The notes below the pieces were generated by a model. It had not been told where the DNA came from. It was given only the letters and a program-made list of their open reading frames with translations, and searched no databases. A DNA stretch of 64,000 nucleotides from Rotaria socialis. Lineage: Eukaryota. Positions 1 to 12,121 of the stretch are shown here, in pieces. Position 1 is the first letter of the stretch. Every line of letters begins with the position of its first letter. Position numbers and translations under genes: made by a program. The stretch lies in assembly GCA_905331295.1 (NCBI GenBank), contig CAJNYD010000001.1, positions 62,001 to 126,000 of the forward strand, read 5' to 3'.

Positions 1-1
1 G

Positions 2-964
2 TCATTACGTGACGTTAAATTTTTTTATTTTGTTCGAAAAGAAGCTGGTGATGCTGCTGTTGATCTTTTTGAAATTCAAAGTATCAACTGTGTTAAATCT
101 TTGTTGATGACAGCTGATGTTTATTGTATTATGAATTTGAAAAGCAAAGCTTTAGATTTTTTTAAAAATAAACGGTTTTATGCTTGATGATGATACATTC
201 ATTATAAAACCTGGTATAAAAGGAAATGTGGACTGTCTTATTGATTTATTGAAACAAAAATGTACTGATGATGCAAAGTTATCAAAATCTTCAAAACGTA
301 ATCAATCATCACCACCATTAGATAGAACCATAAACACATCCTCAACTACCACATAATCAACAATGGCGGTTTTATCGAGTAATTCATCAAACATTGTCAC
401 ATCAAAATCTTTAAACTTATCACTCGATGAACATAAAACTTATATAAATAATGCATTGAACAATTGGTGTAAAAATAATGAATCAAGACTTAATTTGTCA
501 AATTTGTCCTTGATTGAAGACCAACATTACTCTATTTCCATATAAAATGATGCAAGTGGTGTATTAAAAGCTAATATAAAATGTTGTTGTAAAAAATGGA
601 TATCATTAACAAATAATCGTGGTAAATTTCAACTATCAAATTTTTACAGGCATTTACAAGATTTTCGTAATAATAATACATGTGATAAAATAAAAGAATT
701 AATAAAAATTGTAAGCTGATTTCATCAGTAACTGCAGATAATCAACAATCTTTTACATGTTCAGATACTGTACCAGATCAAGAATCATCATCAAATGCGA
801 TATTACTTAATTCTACATCTACCTCTATAACAACCGATGATCATGAAAGTGTTGAACAACCTTCGCCATTATTAAAAAGTAAAAGTAGAGCGAACAGAAA
901 GCTTCATTCAGTAGAATCATCTTATAATACGAAAGAAGTTGTAAAAAGAACGAGAAGACAATAA
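2..964 (+). pseudogene. Decayed ORF of unknown family (5' end outside the window)
   Basis: Protein-like reading SLRDVKFFYFVRKEAGDAAVDLFEIQSINCVKSLL...KNK, frameshift near 172, then GFMLDDDTFIIKPGIKGNVDCLIDLLKQK. In-frame TAA at ~354 and 543, continuing NDASGVLKANIKCCCKKWISL...FQLSNFYRHLQ. Confidence 0.55.
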
Positions 965-1360
965 TATTTACCTTAGGAACATTTTCCTGTTTATACTTCT
1001 CGTTTTACTTCTTTCATAGTATATCATACAGTATATAGTCTGCTTATGAAGCTGAAGTTTTTTAACTTTACAATTTCCTTATTATTTTTAAAAATTTGTC
1101 ATTCGTTAATTGTTTTCATATTTTTACACTTTATCAGACGCTATGAAGCATTTACAAAAGATTGTGATGGTAAAAAAAGAAAAGTTTTAAGCGACAGTTA
1201 ATGCATAGTCTGTTTTTTATTTCCGATAGCTGAAGGCAATAAGCAACAGATTTTATCATAGCTTGGATTGCTGGACTCCAGACAAGACTGGAGTTTTGTA
1301 GTACGCTATTTCCCCCTTGTCCGAATACATGAATTCTAGAATTCTATGTTTTTTTTTTGG

Positions 1361-1370
1361 NNNNNNNNNN
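1361..1370. other. Assembly gap (10 N)
   Basis: Run of n characters. Confidence 1.
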
Positions 1371-1881
1371 AGTGAATACAAGTTGTACCCGTACTTGCGC
1401 ATCCTTCGTATAAAGCGTTATATAACTAATACTTTTTTAATCTATCAAGAATCATCTTGTACTGTATTTTTCTCGTTCCTTATATACCATTTTGTGGTAT
1501 AGATGGACTTTGATTGATACAGCGTAAACAATATGAGGTGAAAGAACAAATCGAAAGGATAAAAATAGTAACACGCTTGTTGGCAATGGCATATGAAGAA
1601 TGCCATTTCTCAGTGCACGAACATAAAAGATCGTAGTGATTGTAAACTATGTATTGGTGAAGGATAAATTGATAGTGCACGTTCGAAGTGTAAATAGGAG
1701 AAGAAGAGATCAAAGTCTTCAGAACTTTGGATGAATAACAATTAGAAGAGTGCAGCACAGTTACGTATTCAAGTTAGGAACAAGCAACATACTACCAATA
1801 GTCAAACAACTTTTCTCTGAATTTCAATAGAAATTGTCGCATATGGAGGGCGCCATATTGTATGAGAGATATATTTGATAG

Positions 1882-1950
1882 TAGAGATGGCACGTTTACG
1901 TTAATTAGCGGTTTTAATTAACTAGTATTAAATTAAATGGTCCACCCCTA
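1882..1950. mobile_element. 69-bp hAT-type MITE or internally deleted remnant
   Basis: Termini TAGAGATGGCAC and (reverse complement) TAGGGGTGGACC. Perfect 8-bp direct repeat TTTGATAG at 1874-1881 and 1951-1958. Confidence 0.8.
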
Positions 1951-2493
1951 TTTGATAGCAATGTGTTATTTTTTATTTTTTTGCAAAATATTTTCAAGAA
2001 CCTTCATTGGCTAAGAGCGATTATTATCGGTTCAGAACAACGAGCATTTTGTTCACAGTACATACGTGCAGTTAATTCAATTTCCAGCACCGGTTGCAAG
2101 TGATCCTCAATTATCACTCTAATCGTCCTTTTTTAAATCAACATTCAACATTGCCTTCAACACATGATTCATATAAATGGTCTTTCTGCTAAGAAGTAAG
2201 AAAAACAACAGTAATACTGACACTAGCATTCATGACAAAAGCAAAGGCTTGTAACATCAGAATGACTGAATATAATTCTAAGAGGAACTTTAGGCATGCT
2301 CGCTTACATTCATACTTTTCACTGATTGGGGTATGGGTGTCAGCATATCAGGGTCTCTGCTGTACACCCACACCTAATCGATTATGGCTCCTTTGGTGAT
2401 CGAAAAGTCAAGATGACGGTACAGTATACATTCTCTAAATAGTTATTTTTGAACAGAACGATGATCTATTTGATGTCTATTTTTCTCTTTCAG

Positions 2494-2582
2494 GAAGCGG
2501 ATAGTAGTGTTGTCAACAGCAGCAGTAACAATGCTTGTCATATCCGGCATCGCCATTGGTCTTGGCATTGGCTTGCGAAAAA
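2494..2582 (+). pseudogene. Isolated exon encoding a transmembrane helix; probable gene remnant
   Basis: tttcag| ... |gtaag boundaries; encodes KRIVVLSTAAVTMLVISGIAIGLGIGLRK. The candidate upstream exon (~1999-2194) contains stops. Confidence 0.35.
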
Positions 2583-3689
2583 GTAAGGGGTTTGCTGTAA
2601 ATAACTTTTAAAAAGGCGAAAAATATCTCTCAGAAAAATCGTGATTAGTTTTGATTATGGTTGAGCAAATCCGATTTCTCGAACCAAGCTACCTCTTTTT
2701 GTAATATAATCTGATTAAAATCCAACAATCGATTGAAATTTCAATCTTTGAAAATCAAATGGATAAATTGTCAATCGATTCTTTCGAAATAACTGCCTAA
2801 GTGAATGTACTCATCAAGAGATTACTCAAAAAGTACTCACGCTAGAAAATGCCGTGAGAACTCATGAGTACTCTGATGGATTTTTGTAAAATACTCAGAG
2901 ATCTATATTGTGTTTTGCATCTTTGTACTACTCTCAATTTATTTTATTTAAAAAGCGATGATAGAACAGTGATGTACATGATAAGAATTTCAGAAACGAA
3001 GGGTTTCATAATCTTAAAATGGTTTTTAATGATGACATAGAGATAAAACATTTATTAACATACGGTAAGAAAAACTAAAAGAAAATCTGTATTGAGAACA
3101 CTACTAGATTTGTAAACGCAAACACAAATGAAAAATAAATTATTGATCAAGTTATTACAGAGGGAGAGGGGAGCGAATCCTCCTGGATCCTGTTGCTCCT
3201 AATGAACGGTATTAGATTGCACAATAGATTGACTGAAGTGTACGAAAATCTATTAGAAGCTCCTTCAATCTACTAAATACGTCGGAGTCTACCACAATGC
3301 ACCAAAAACTGACTCGCTTTATAGCAATCTTCAAACAATGTAAAAAACATGGATTCTGCTGGATTATGGGTGTGCAGCTCACGGTCACGGGTGCTGATAA
3401 GCGTGAGCGTTTCTTCTCCAAATAGAATATGCAAGAAATCAGTAATAATGAACCCACTTTAGCTATATTCATATAAAAATACATTATAGTATTTCGTACA
3501 GTTTCTTATCTAATATATTCAATCGATGCATCTAAATACTTGTTACTCGATGAATTGATAATAAGCGCTAGAATAGGCTCATTAAAGTTTGGAAAATCAT
3601 AGTTTCCGAATATTTGTTTCTTAAACTCGCTCATCTTACTACCACAAACTACCAAGGAACAAAGTTAGGATCTTATTATATATGTCTAG

Positions 3690-4929
3690 TAGGGGTAGCA
3701 CATTATTATTACCAGTAATAAGTAATAACTGTTATTTCGAATTAATGATACTAACTAAAAGCCAGGAAAATTAATGAAGTAATAAGGAAGAAGTAAAGCA
3801 ATAAAGAACTTGATCGTGGAATTACTTCTATTCACTGATTTGTCTACGATCGCTAGATTGCCTACATTCAATCACTAGTATTATTTGGGCCGTAATTAAG
3901 GGTAACCCCTTCAGTCCCTTAGGTCTTATCTAGATCTGATCCCTGTGACTTTTACATCCTATCTGGAGGTGGTTCCCGTAAATGTTGTGGATTTACACTG
4001 GAATGGTTCCATTAGCCATTTGGGATCTACTTCAGGGTTGTTCTTATGAATTTTTCGGAACCGCTAAGGATGGTACTTCAAGTTTGAAGATATAACTGCT
4101 GGGCAGAGTGCCATGTTAAAAAGACGATGCTAATATAGGATTGAAAAAGTTATAGAAACTGCCAATAGTTACGAATAGGCTTCTGCCGAGACCTAGACTT
4201 CCCATCTCCGTCACAGTCGTCGTGGCCGAGGTTTTGGTCTCGGTCTCGTTCGCGGTTAGGCTCGGTTTCCAGTATTGATGAATGTTGGTCTCGGTTCATC
4301 CCTAGTTACGACTGAATAAGTTATAAGAATCCCTTCCCACACTACGCAGAAGAATACAAGGGATGCCACTATATATGTACTAAAATGTTGCACAGATCAG
4401 CCCTGGAAAGTTCTCACATAGTTCTAATTGTCATCCTGGGGTAGGGCCAGAAAGGTACAGAACCGCTCCTTGGTGGTTTCTTAAAAGTTCTAGGTATCAT
4501 CTGTAAGTAGATCCCAAATAGCTAAAGGGGCCACCCCTGGGTAGGTCCTAAAACTTCTGACTACTTCCTCTGACTGAGACGTTAGAACTTCTAAGTATCA
4601 CCCTTGACCAGGCTGAAAACACTTCTAAGTATTACCCTTATGTGATTCTTAAAAAGTTCTGAGTATCACCTATAGGTAGATTCCTAATAGCTATAGGCGC
4701 CAGTTCTGGTCTGATGCTGGACGCTTCTAATACGATCTCCCGGTAGGTCACAAGAAGCTATAAGAAATCATCCTGAATAGATACTAAAAAATTCTAAGTA
4801 ATATTTTTGGGTCGGCATTTATTACGGTAATAATTATTACACGTTATTACTTTTCAGTTGTTGCTCTTATTAGTTTCGATTGTTTTTAATTTTATTACTG
4901 GTAATAAATAATAAAAGTAGTAATACTTA
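3690..4929. mobile_element. Foldback-like element with inverted internal repeat arrays
   Basis: TTATTACCAGTAATAA near 3706 is inverted at ~4892-4907. Segment 4012-4032 TTAGCCATTTGGGATCTACTT is the reverse complement of ~4505-4525 with one mismatch. Confidence 0.5.
4385..4805. repeat. Degenerate ~34-bp tandem array (~12-13 units)
   Basis: TTCTAAGTATCACC-like core recurs at about 4488, 4521, 4555, 4589, 4623, 4657, 4690, 4725, 4757, 4792. Confidence 0.75.
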
Positions 4930-5815
4930 GGAACATACCGCTCACGCTCATGAGCGTGAGCATGAGCGTAAGCTGTATACTCCTACGGTGCATCCTACTT
5001 GATTTTTAAATGTCGAAAAATTCATCGGAATCTAGCAGAATTCACTAATATATCAATCTCATCAGTTCACTCATGCTTCTTACTCGAAAATCCTACGACG
5101 AATTCCTCCTTTTTCCAATCAGGTTTTTGAATCCTATTGGATCCTGATGGATCCGCTTTTCCCCCTTGCTATTTTCACTAATTAGAAATCATTATGCTTA
5201 GACTTTAATCTCTAATTAATCTTGGAAATCAGTTGTCTTTATTATTATAGTCCATAGTTACGACCGTATGGCATATTTTTACTATTACAAACGTTAGCAC
5301 CGAGTGTATACTACCATCATGGAAACTAGGAATAGAAACCAGTGTATGCTACTATTACACTCATTAGCAACCTCTGCCTACTATACTAGGATTAGATATA
5401 TTAAGGATTATCTATCATAGATTAAAAACATTAAACATTGTTTCCAACTATTTTTATTAATAATAGAACAATATTTTAATATCAAGTCTATTTCATATTT
5501 GTTTTATTTCAAGATCAAAAATAAAATATGAAACATTTCTTACAAATATTATTTTATACCAATAACCTCAAAAACATTATCAAGCTCTAATTTAACTGTA
5601 GTTTTTTCTTATTAAAAAATTGCAAAAGTGTTTATCGGTTATTTAAATGAAAGAAATTTTAAGTTTCACCCACTCAGTTATTTTTTCTGAATAATCAATA
5701 CATAAGTTTCATGTTAGATATAAAATCTTACTTTTGAAATTGAATTGAATCGTCTGTAAACTATTTCATAACCGACTACATTCGTTATTTTTATTGCTTA
5801 TAAGAAAAATATGCC

Positions 5816-5834
5816 ATATATATATATATATATA
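5816..5834. repeat. (AT)n microsatellite
   Basis: Direct reading. Confidence 0.9.
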
Positions 5835-6875
5835 TGTCTATATAATTATCATTAAATTTTTCAAAAGGTGATAAAAGCTATCCACTCTTTTAAATTCTTA
5901 TTATTCATATATGCTATTTAAATAGTATCGTTTGAACGTAAGGATTTAAAAGCGTATGTGATCAAAATTGTACTGATTAAACACTCAATAAATTAGAAAA
6001 GAATATATGATTTGTTTCTTTCAATTTTGTAGAACTAGCCTGCTGATTAATACTATACTTAATTATAAAAATAAAAAAGTAAACTAATAAATATCACGCT
6101 TAAATTACTCAGAATTACTACTAGTGATTTCAATCGTATTGAAAGTATCTAAATATAATAAATTACATTTATTAGGTGTATCTGATAGAAGTATTTTGTT
6201 AAATCGATTAAAATATTCAAAATATTGCAATTAATTTCTATTCTTAACTATAATACCAATAGTAAACGAATAATTTAACTAAAAATGTTGAACTAAAATA
6301 TCTGAACATACTTTCAAAGTTGTCTAAGTTACCCAAAATATATGAGTTCCACATTTTAACCTCAACGGGGCTGGGCTGAGAAGCTGTTTTCATTAGAATT
6401 TCTAACTGATGAAGTAGCAGTTAAGAAAGAAAAGAACAACGAATCTCAGTGAAAGTGGCATAATATTAAACGGATTATAAAACTTCATCTTGATTCAATT
6501 GCAAAAATAAAAGGAAAAGAATAAAAGGAAAATGTATGACTCTGATTTAAATGCAGTAGATACGAAACTTGATCGAAAAGTACTTAAATAAACGAGTGAT
6601 TTTCTTGTACTGTTTCTTAAAATGAGCCGTTCAAAATATTAGGCGACAATCAGAATATTTCCGATGAGATCACAGAAAAGCTAATATTGAATCTGAAGCT
6701 CATGATGATAATTACATTTATAAAAAAAATGGAAACCCCGAATAACTATTAAATCAAAGATTCATTGAAAATTTTATTTTTTATCGAAAACTTAACTGGT
6801 CTTTATAGTCTGTTTATTTACATTAATTCAAAAATGAATAAGAAAAAAAAACAATAAATAAACCCTTGTTTTTAT

Positions 6876-7601
6876 TTAAACTTTCTTTAAAATAATAACA
6901 TCAGCTTCTTGCAATTCTTTCAAATCATTGATAGTTGTCGATAAATCAAGTGAAATTTGTTCTCTCTCTAATAAAATTATACGAGTTGCTGGTAACAATT
7001 TTAATTCCTTCGTTAAATAATCAAGTCCTTTTCCTAATGGCCAAAGTTTTGAAAGATAGAACGGATATCGTTTATTATTTGCAGTACCATCATCGATTTG
7101 TACGAAAACATGAAGACGAGTTTCCATTGGTAAACCTGCTGGTCCTTTAGCTGTTTGTTTCAATTTCATAATTGCTACTTTATTTGCTAAAGTTTCATTT
7201 TTTGTTCCAACAAATTTTTCTTTCAAAAAGTTATCTATTGGCTTTATTTCAGTTTTATTTGTTTGTGATGAATAATGTGTTGGTGGCGATTGTGAACGAT
7301 GAGGACATTGATGATCATCAATATGACGATGTTCAACACAAAAATTTTTCAAACATAACGAACATGTAAAACTAATTGGAGATTTTTGACTTTTACAACC
7401 ATTTGAATTAGCACATGGAAGAAATGATGAAGAGTTCGTCGAATTTATTGAAGTTGTTTGCAGTAAAGATATACATGAATGATCAGGAGCAGCTCCGTGT
7501 CGTTTACAGAATGTCTTTGCGCAATGAATACAATGAATAGGTAAAAAATCAAGTGTATTACATTCAGGATATTCACAATAAGTACCTAATAATTCAACCA
7601 T
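6876..7601 (-). CDS. ZFAND1: AN1-type zinc finger protein 1 (single coding exon, 241 aa)
   Basis: MVELLGTYCEYPECNTLDFLPIHCIHCAKTFCKRH and CSLCLKNFCVEHRHIDDHQC (two AN1 fingers); C-terminal KVAIMKLKQTAKG...WPLGKGLD ubiquitin-like region. Confidence 0.9.
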   Translation of the reverse strand: MVELLGTYCEYPECNTLDFLPIHCIHCAKTFCKRHGAAPDHSCISLLQTTSINSTNSSSFLPCANSNGCKSQKSPISFTCSLCLKNFCVEHRHIDDHQCPHRSQSPPTHYSSQTNKTEIKPIDNFLKEKFVGTKNETLANKVAIMKLKQTAKGPAGLPMETRLHVFVQIDDGTANNKRYPFYLSKLWPLGKGLDYLTKELKLLPATRIILLEREQISLDLSTTINDLKELQEADVIILKKV

Positions 7602-7764
7602 TATCTAGTTTTTTTTAAATATAGCATAAAATATAGACATAAAAATGAATCAACTGTTCTAGCTTATTATTGGAGAATTCAGAACGAATGAGATGAGAGA
7701 TGCATTTGCATTCGGTTAATTTAATCTTTCTTGCTTTTTCTTTTCTGCATTTGTATTTGTTCAG

Positions 7765-9686
7765 ATGATGGAGACAGCTGAAGAAGAGCACGAACAAGAT
7801 GTTGTTACCTCAAGTTTATCACCTAATTCTGTTGTTGACAGTCTCGATAGTAAGTTCTTTTTTTCTTTTAATTATTTGTTAAGTTTTGATTTTTTTCAAA
7901 TGAATGATTTTTCTTATTCTTTGATTTGTATTTGTTTTTCTATTTAGAATTTCTTAAAAAGCCTGAAGATGAACGAGTTTTAACATTTGAATTAGAACAA
8001 ATTCTTACTGAAATTGCTAAAACTGGTTATTCAAGGTAGAATTTTAATTGGAGAATTTTTTTCCTAAATTTTTCTTTATTAGTCATCCATGGGAAAAGAT
8101 AAAACCATTATATCTAAAAAAATTAAGTGTTGTTCTTAATGAATTTAATACAGAATCTAATATGGACAAGTTAGATACGCATCCAAACGTTGATCAATCG
8201 ACATTTGAAGAATTAAAAAGTGATATAATTGAAAGGATTAATTCATTTGAAAAGTAAATATACACTTTTAATTATGAAATTTTTGTAGTTTTTTTTTTCT
8301 CTCTCTCTAGTGCACCATTTACTATTCAGCGATTATGTGAATTAATACTTTCACCAAGAGCTAATTATCGAAGAACAGATAAATTTATACGTGGTTTAAC
8401 TAAATGTGTTTCGGTGGTAACAACAATTGACAATGAAGGAAAGTAAGTTCGAAATATAATTTGAACAAAAACTTTATATTCGAATCACATACAGTAAACT
8501 GACCAATATTACAAGAAGGAAATCACTGTTGTATATTTCGTACTTTTTGTGTATATCACAGTACGACTAAGTAATCCAACATGCTAACGAAAAGATACCC
8601 CCACTCCGTGTTAGTAAAAACTCGAAAATATTTGAAAATATTTTATTCGTTTGATTTGAATACAATATTTAATGATGTATTTTTTAATAAAGATTAATGT
8701 TGTAACATTAATCTTTCCTAACAAGAGATTAACGCAATATTTTTTCTACATCAAATATCTAATAGAACTAATTTGTGAAGCTTTATTCGTAGCTCTACGA
8801 TTTTGTATACTGTTTTCATAAGAAGTATAATTGCTTTTATAATAATTTTAAATACAACTATTTATCTAGCACGTTATAATCGAATTGTTTTATTTCCGTC
8901 ATTATTGTGTATTTTTCTCTGTACAAACTCAATTATTTTCGAACTATATCGGTTGATCTAGGAGATCATCAGAGCATAATCTCAAAATAGAATTTTGAAG
9001 ACTGCATTTTAATATTCTCTAATGATTATCATTTCAGTAAGTTTCTCAAAACAGAATGATTATTCTACTCTTCAACTATTCGAGTCAGTTAGATGAACAG
9101 TAAATCTGTTAGAAAAAATCGACCTTAGGTCGCTGATAGAGTTAAAATAGTTATCTGTATATGATCTTTCCGTATAATCTATGGATGAATTCATCACATT
9201 GGAAAATCTATATTTGAAAATGATAACTATAGTAGATATTCACCTCTCTCATACAGTTGATAACTAGCGTATATCCAAAAGTTCAACTAATTGAATTTGT
9301 TTTTAAGCAAAATTTATGTTGAAACAACTCGAAATGGTTTTACATCATCAACAATGGCGGACAGCTCTGAAACATCTTCAAATTCTCAAATAACGAATGG
9401 CTTCGCAATTCCACATACTGTAAATGATAATGATTCCATTGTAATCGAAAGTCAAGAAAGTCAAGCCGGTTCAGCAATAAATACTCAATTAGATGATGAA
9501 ATGGAACAGGATAATAATGATAATGAACAAGATGAAGCTGAGACTGAAGAAGATGAAGATGAAGAAGATAAGCCATCATTATCATCGTCGCCACCAACAA
9601 ATCTTACGGATGAGAATAGTAGTTCAAGCAATAGCAATTCAACACCATTGCCATCATCGTCAACAGAAGATATGCTTGAACAATAA
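7765..9686 (+). CDS. PPP4R2: Serine/threonine protein phosphatase 4 regulatory subunit 2 (exons ~7765-7849, 7948-8035, 8083-8252, 8311-8442, 9308-9686)
   Basis: Spliced motifs IAKTG..HPWEKIK and [33 protein letters not shown]; acidic C-terminal tail. Confidence 0.9.
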
Positions 9687-11043
9687 CAGCAAAAAAAGTG
9701 TTGCTTTTTCTTTCTGTATATACATATATATGAATTCGAATTTGAAAAAAAAAGATTGAGCGAGAGTTATTATCATTTATCAGCGTTGATTTTTTTCTCT
9801 TTACAAAAAATGGAACGATAGGAAATCACAAAACAACATTTTCCTTCATTGATTATGATAAAATCTTCTTTTTTTTATTGCTAAAATCCCTTCATATTTT
9901 ATTTATAAAAAGACAATATATAAACATATTGTGATTTAAACGATTGAGAATTTGACTTTGAATATCATTGTGAGCTACTATTTTGATTTTATTTTGATTA
10001 AAACTTTGGTCGATGTGAGTTCTGCCTTGAGTACTTAATGAAGCTATCATAATAACAGATTTTTATGCAAAAAATCACTTAATGAACCAATTCATTGTAA
10101 GAAAGATTTCACTTAAATGTCTATTGTGAAAATTAAGTTTGATTTTTGCATTTAAAAATAGCAGAGAATATTATATTCATCAAATCGTGAAACTTCAGCA
10201 AAACAAACGAATGAAAATATTGTGAATATTTTAACTTAGAATAAATCCAAACAAGCAGCGTTTAATGAGTCGAAATAAATCTCTCAAAAACAAAGTGTAC
10301 TTAAACTTGAACTCGGCATATTAACGGTGGATAATTTTACTTATTTATCTTACCAAAGTCCTTATCTTAATTTAATACGCAGTTATGTTTTTGAGTTAAA
10401 TATTGATCCATTGGCCAAGAAATTTAATAAAAAGATTAGTCAAATGAAAACCCTACTGAATTTTCACTACTAGCAACTTATGATGAATATATATTTGTTG
10501 TATATATATAAATGCATCAGCAATTCAAAAAAATTAGATATAGAAACCAACATTAAAATGAGTGAATCGTTTAACAAAAGCAAAGTGTTGAAGAAATAGA
10601 TGAAAATATTCTATCGAGATGTACAGATGATGCACATGTTGTTTTACTCGTTAAAGATGATACAATAGATTTAGAAGTATTTGATTTTAATTGAGCAACA
10701 TCTATTGTACATCATGTTAAAGTACATAGAATAGAAAATAGTCAATCACTTGTTATTGTTAGCCAACAAAATCAATTATTATTCGTTAATGAATATAATC
10801 ATTGAGAAGAAAAACACATACGATATATTTAGTGCTCTATCAAATGTTAGCCGAAGACTAAATGATTATTTTGTTGCGAAATGTCCAAAAATCTGAAAAA
10901 ACTTTCAATTAGTTTCGCTAAATGTTTGTTTTTATCTGAACTGCTTAAATAAAAGATTTATATGAAAAACAAAGTTTTTGTTTTTGTAATTCTATTTTAA
11001 ATAGTTATTTTGTATGGTAAAAATACACAGGAAAAAAACTGTT

Positions 11044-11753
11044 TTATTTTGAATGTTCAATTTGAATTTGTCGATTTTTTGGTTCGACTTTAGGTAGAGG
11101 TGCTTCGATTGTAACAATGCCGGTTTCTGCAAAAGTTGATTTTAAATCTTCTAGTTTAAGATCTTCTGGTAGTGTATAAGTTTGACTGAATTCGTGAAGT
11201 GAATAACTATTTCCAGCCTAAAATTAAAAGAAACGAAGAATTTCAAGTCAATTTATTTAAATAAACATTTAGGTATACAATTACCTTCTTTTCTTTCTTA
11301 GCTGAAATCATTAATGAACCATTATGTGTTTTAATTTTAACTTCTTCAGGTTCAAAGCCCCTCATATCAAATGTAAGTTGAAACTTTCTGGATCCATCTA
11401 ATTCAGTAATTATCGTTTGATTTTCTGAAAATAAAAATAAAGTATGTGAGTTGAAGAATTAAATAATTAGAAAAGTATTCACCCTGAATATTATCATGTG
11501 AGGAATTTATTAATGATCGATTATCATTAGCCACATTACCCCGAAAATAGTTATCGAATTGTCGTTGCATGCGATCAAATTCTCTTTCTAAATCTCGAAA
11601 GATATTTGATGTTGATCCAAGAAATACACCAGGCAAATTTCTTGGACTTCGATAGACAAGATGACGTACTGGACCATTTATGTTACCCAAAGTAGCTAGA
11701 CGACTAAGAGTAGTCGGTACAATAAGACGTGAAATAATACGAGATGAAGCCAT
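11044..11753 (-). CDS. Small heat shock protein (HSP20/alpha-crystallin) with a mitochondrial-type presequence (exons 11753-11483, 11423-11285, 11217-11044)
   Basis: KFQLTFDMRGFEPEEVKIK...EFSQTYTLPEDLKLEDLKSTFAETGIVTIEAP, C-terminal IQI motif. The N-terminus is Arg/Ser-rich and lacks acidic residues. Confidence 0.9.
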
Positions 11754-11820
11754 TACTAGACTAGATGTGCGCGTTGATAGGAACTGTAAAGAAATGAAAA
11801 AACAATCGCAGTACGATCAT

Positions 11821-11828
11821 TTTATATA
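11821..11828 (-). promoter_or_regulatory. TATA box of the sHSP gene
   Basis: TATATAAA on the minus strand ~70 nt upstream of the ATG. Confidence 0.65.
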
Positions 11829-11846
11829 CTCTCAATTTATCATTTG

Positions 11847-11861
11847 AGAATATTCTAGAAT
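11847..11861. promoter_or_regulatory. Heat shock element (proximal)
   Basis: aGAAtaTTCtaGAAt is three perfect alternating nGAAn units just upstream of the TATA box. Confidence 0.8.
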
Positions 11862-12002
11862 GTTTTCCAATATGCGAGTGGATACGAGAGTGTTCATTTC
11901 AGAATAATATTTTATCTTAATAGTGCAGATGAGAGGGAGAAGTAGGAATATAATCTTATACGTGTGTCGTTTTGACACGATGTACATTGCATCAGCTTTG
12001 AA

Positions 12003-12032
12003 TGACGTCATAGTTCGAGATTGTTCGAGAAA
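12003..12032. promoter_or_regulatory. CRE (TGACGTCA) next to a distal heat shock element
   Basis: TGACGTCA at 12003-12010 followed by gTTCgaGAttgTTCgaGAAa. Confidence 0.55.
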
Positions 12033-12121
12033 AAGCAAAGTTAATCTCGCATACCTTCATGATAGATCTGTTTTTTTTAATTGAAATTGTGGAACATTTT
12101 ATTGATTTTAAATAAATTGTA

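Larger units (their letters stand above)
3365..4985. mobile_element. hAT-type non-autonomous element (GCTCAC/GTGAGC subterminal family)
   Basis: Left TATGGGTGTGCAGCTCACG, right (rc) TAGGAGTATACAGCTTACG. Degenerate 8-bp flanks TGCTGGAT/CGGTGCAT (5/8). Same terminal family as 51890-54506. Confidence 0.6.
3158..5172. mobile_element. Outer non-autonomous TIR element hosting nested insertions
   Basis: Left GGGGAGCGAATCCTCCTGGATCC versus reverse complement of the right end GGGGGAAAAGCGGATCCATCAGGATCC. No clear TSD. Confidence 0.45.

Noticed and set aside
1317..1758. Short ORFs around the N gap
   Set aside because: One spans the gap; no motifs, splice support or coding-like composition.
4385..4805. 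CRISPR-like periodic array
   Set aside because: Units are wholly degenerate tandem copies, with no constant repeat plus unique spacer and no cas genes; eukaryotic context.
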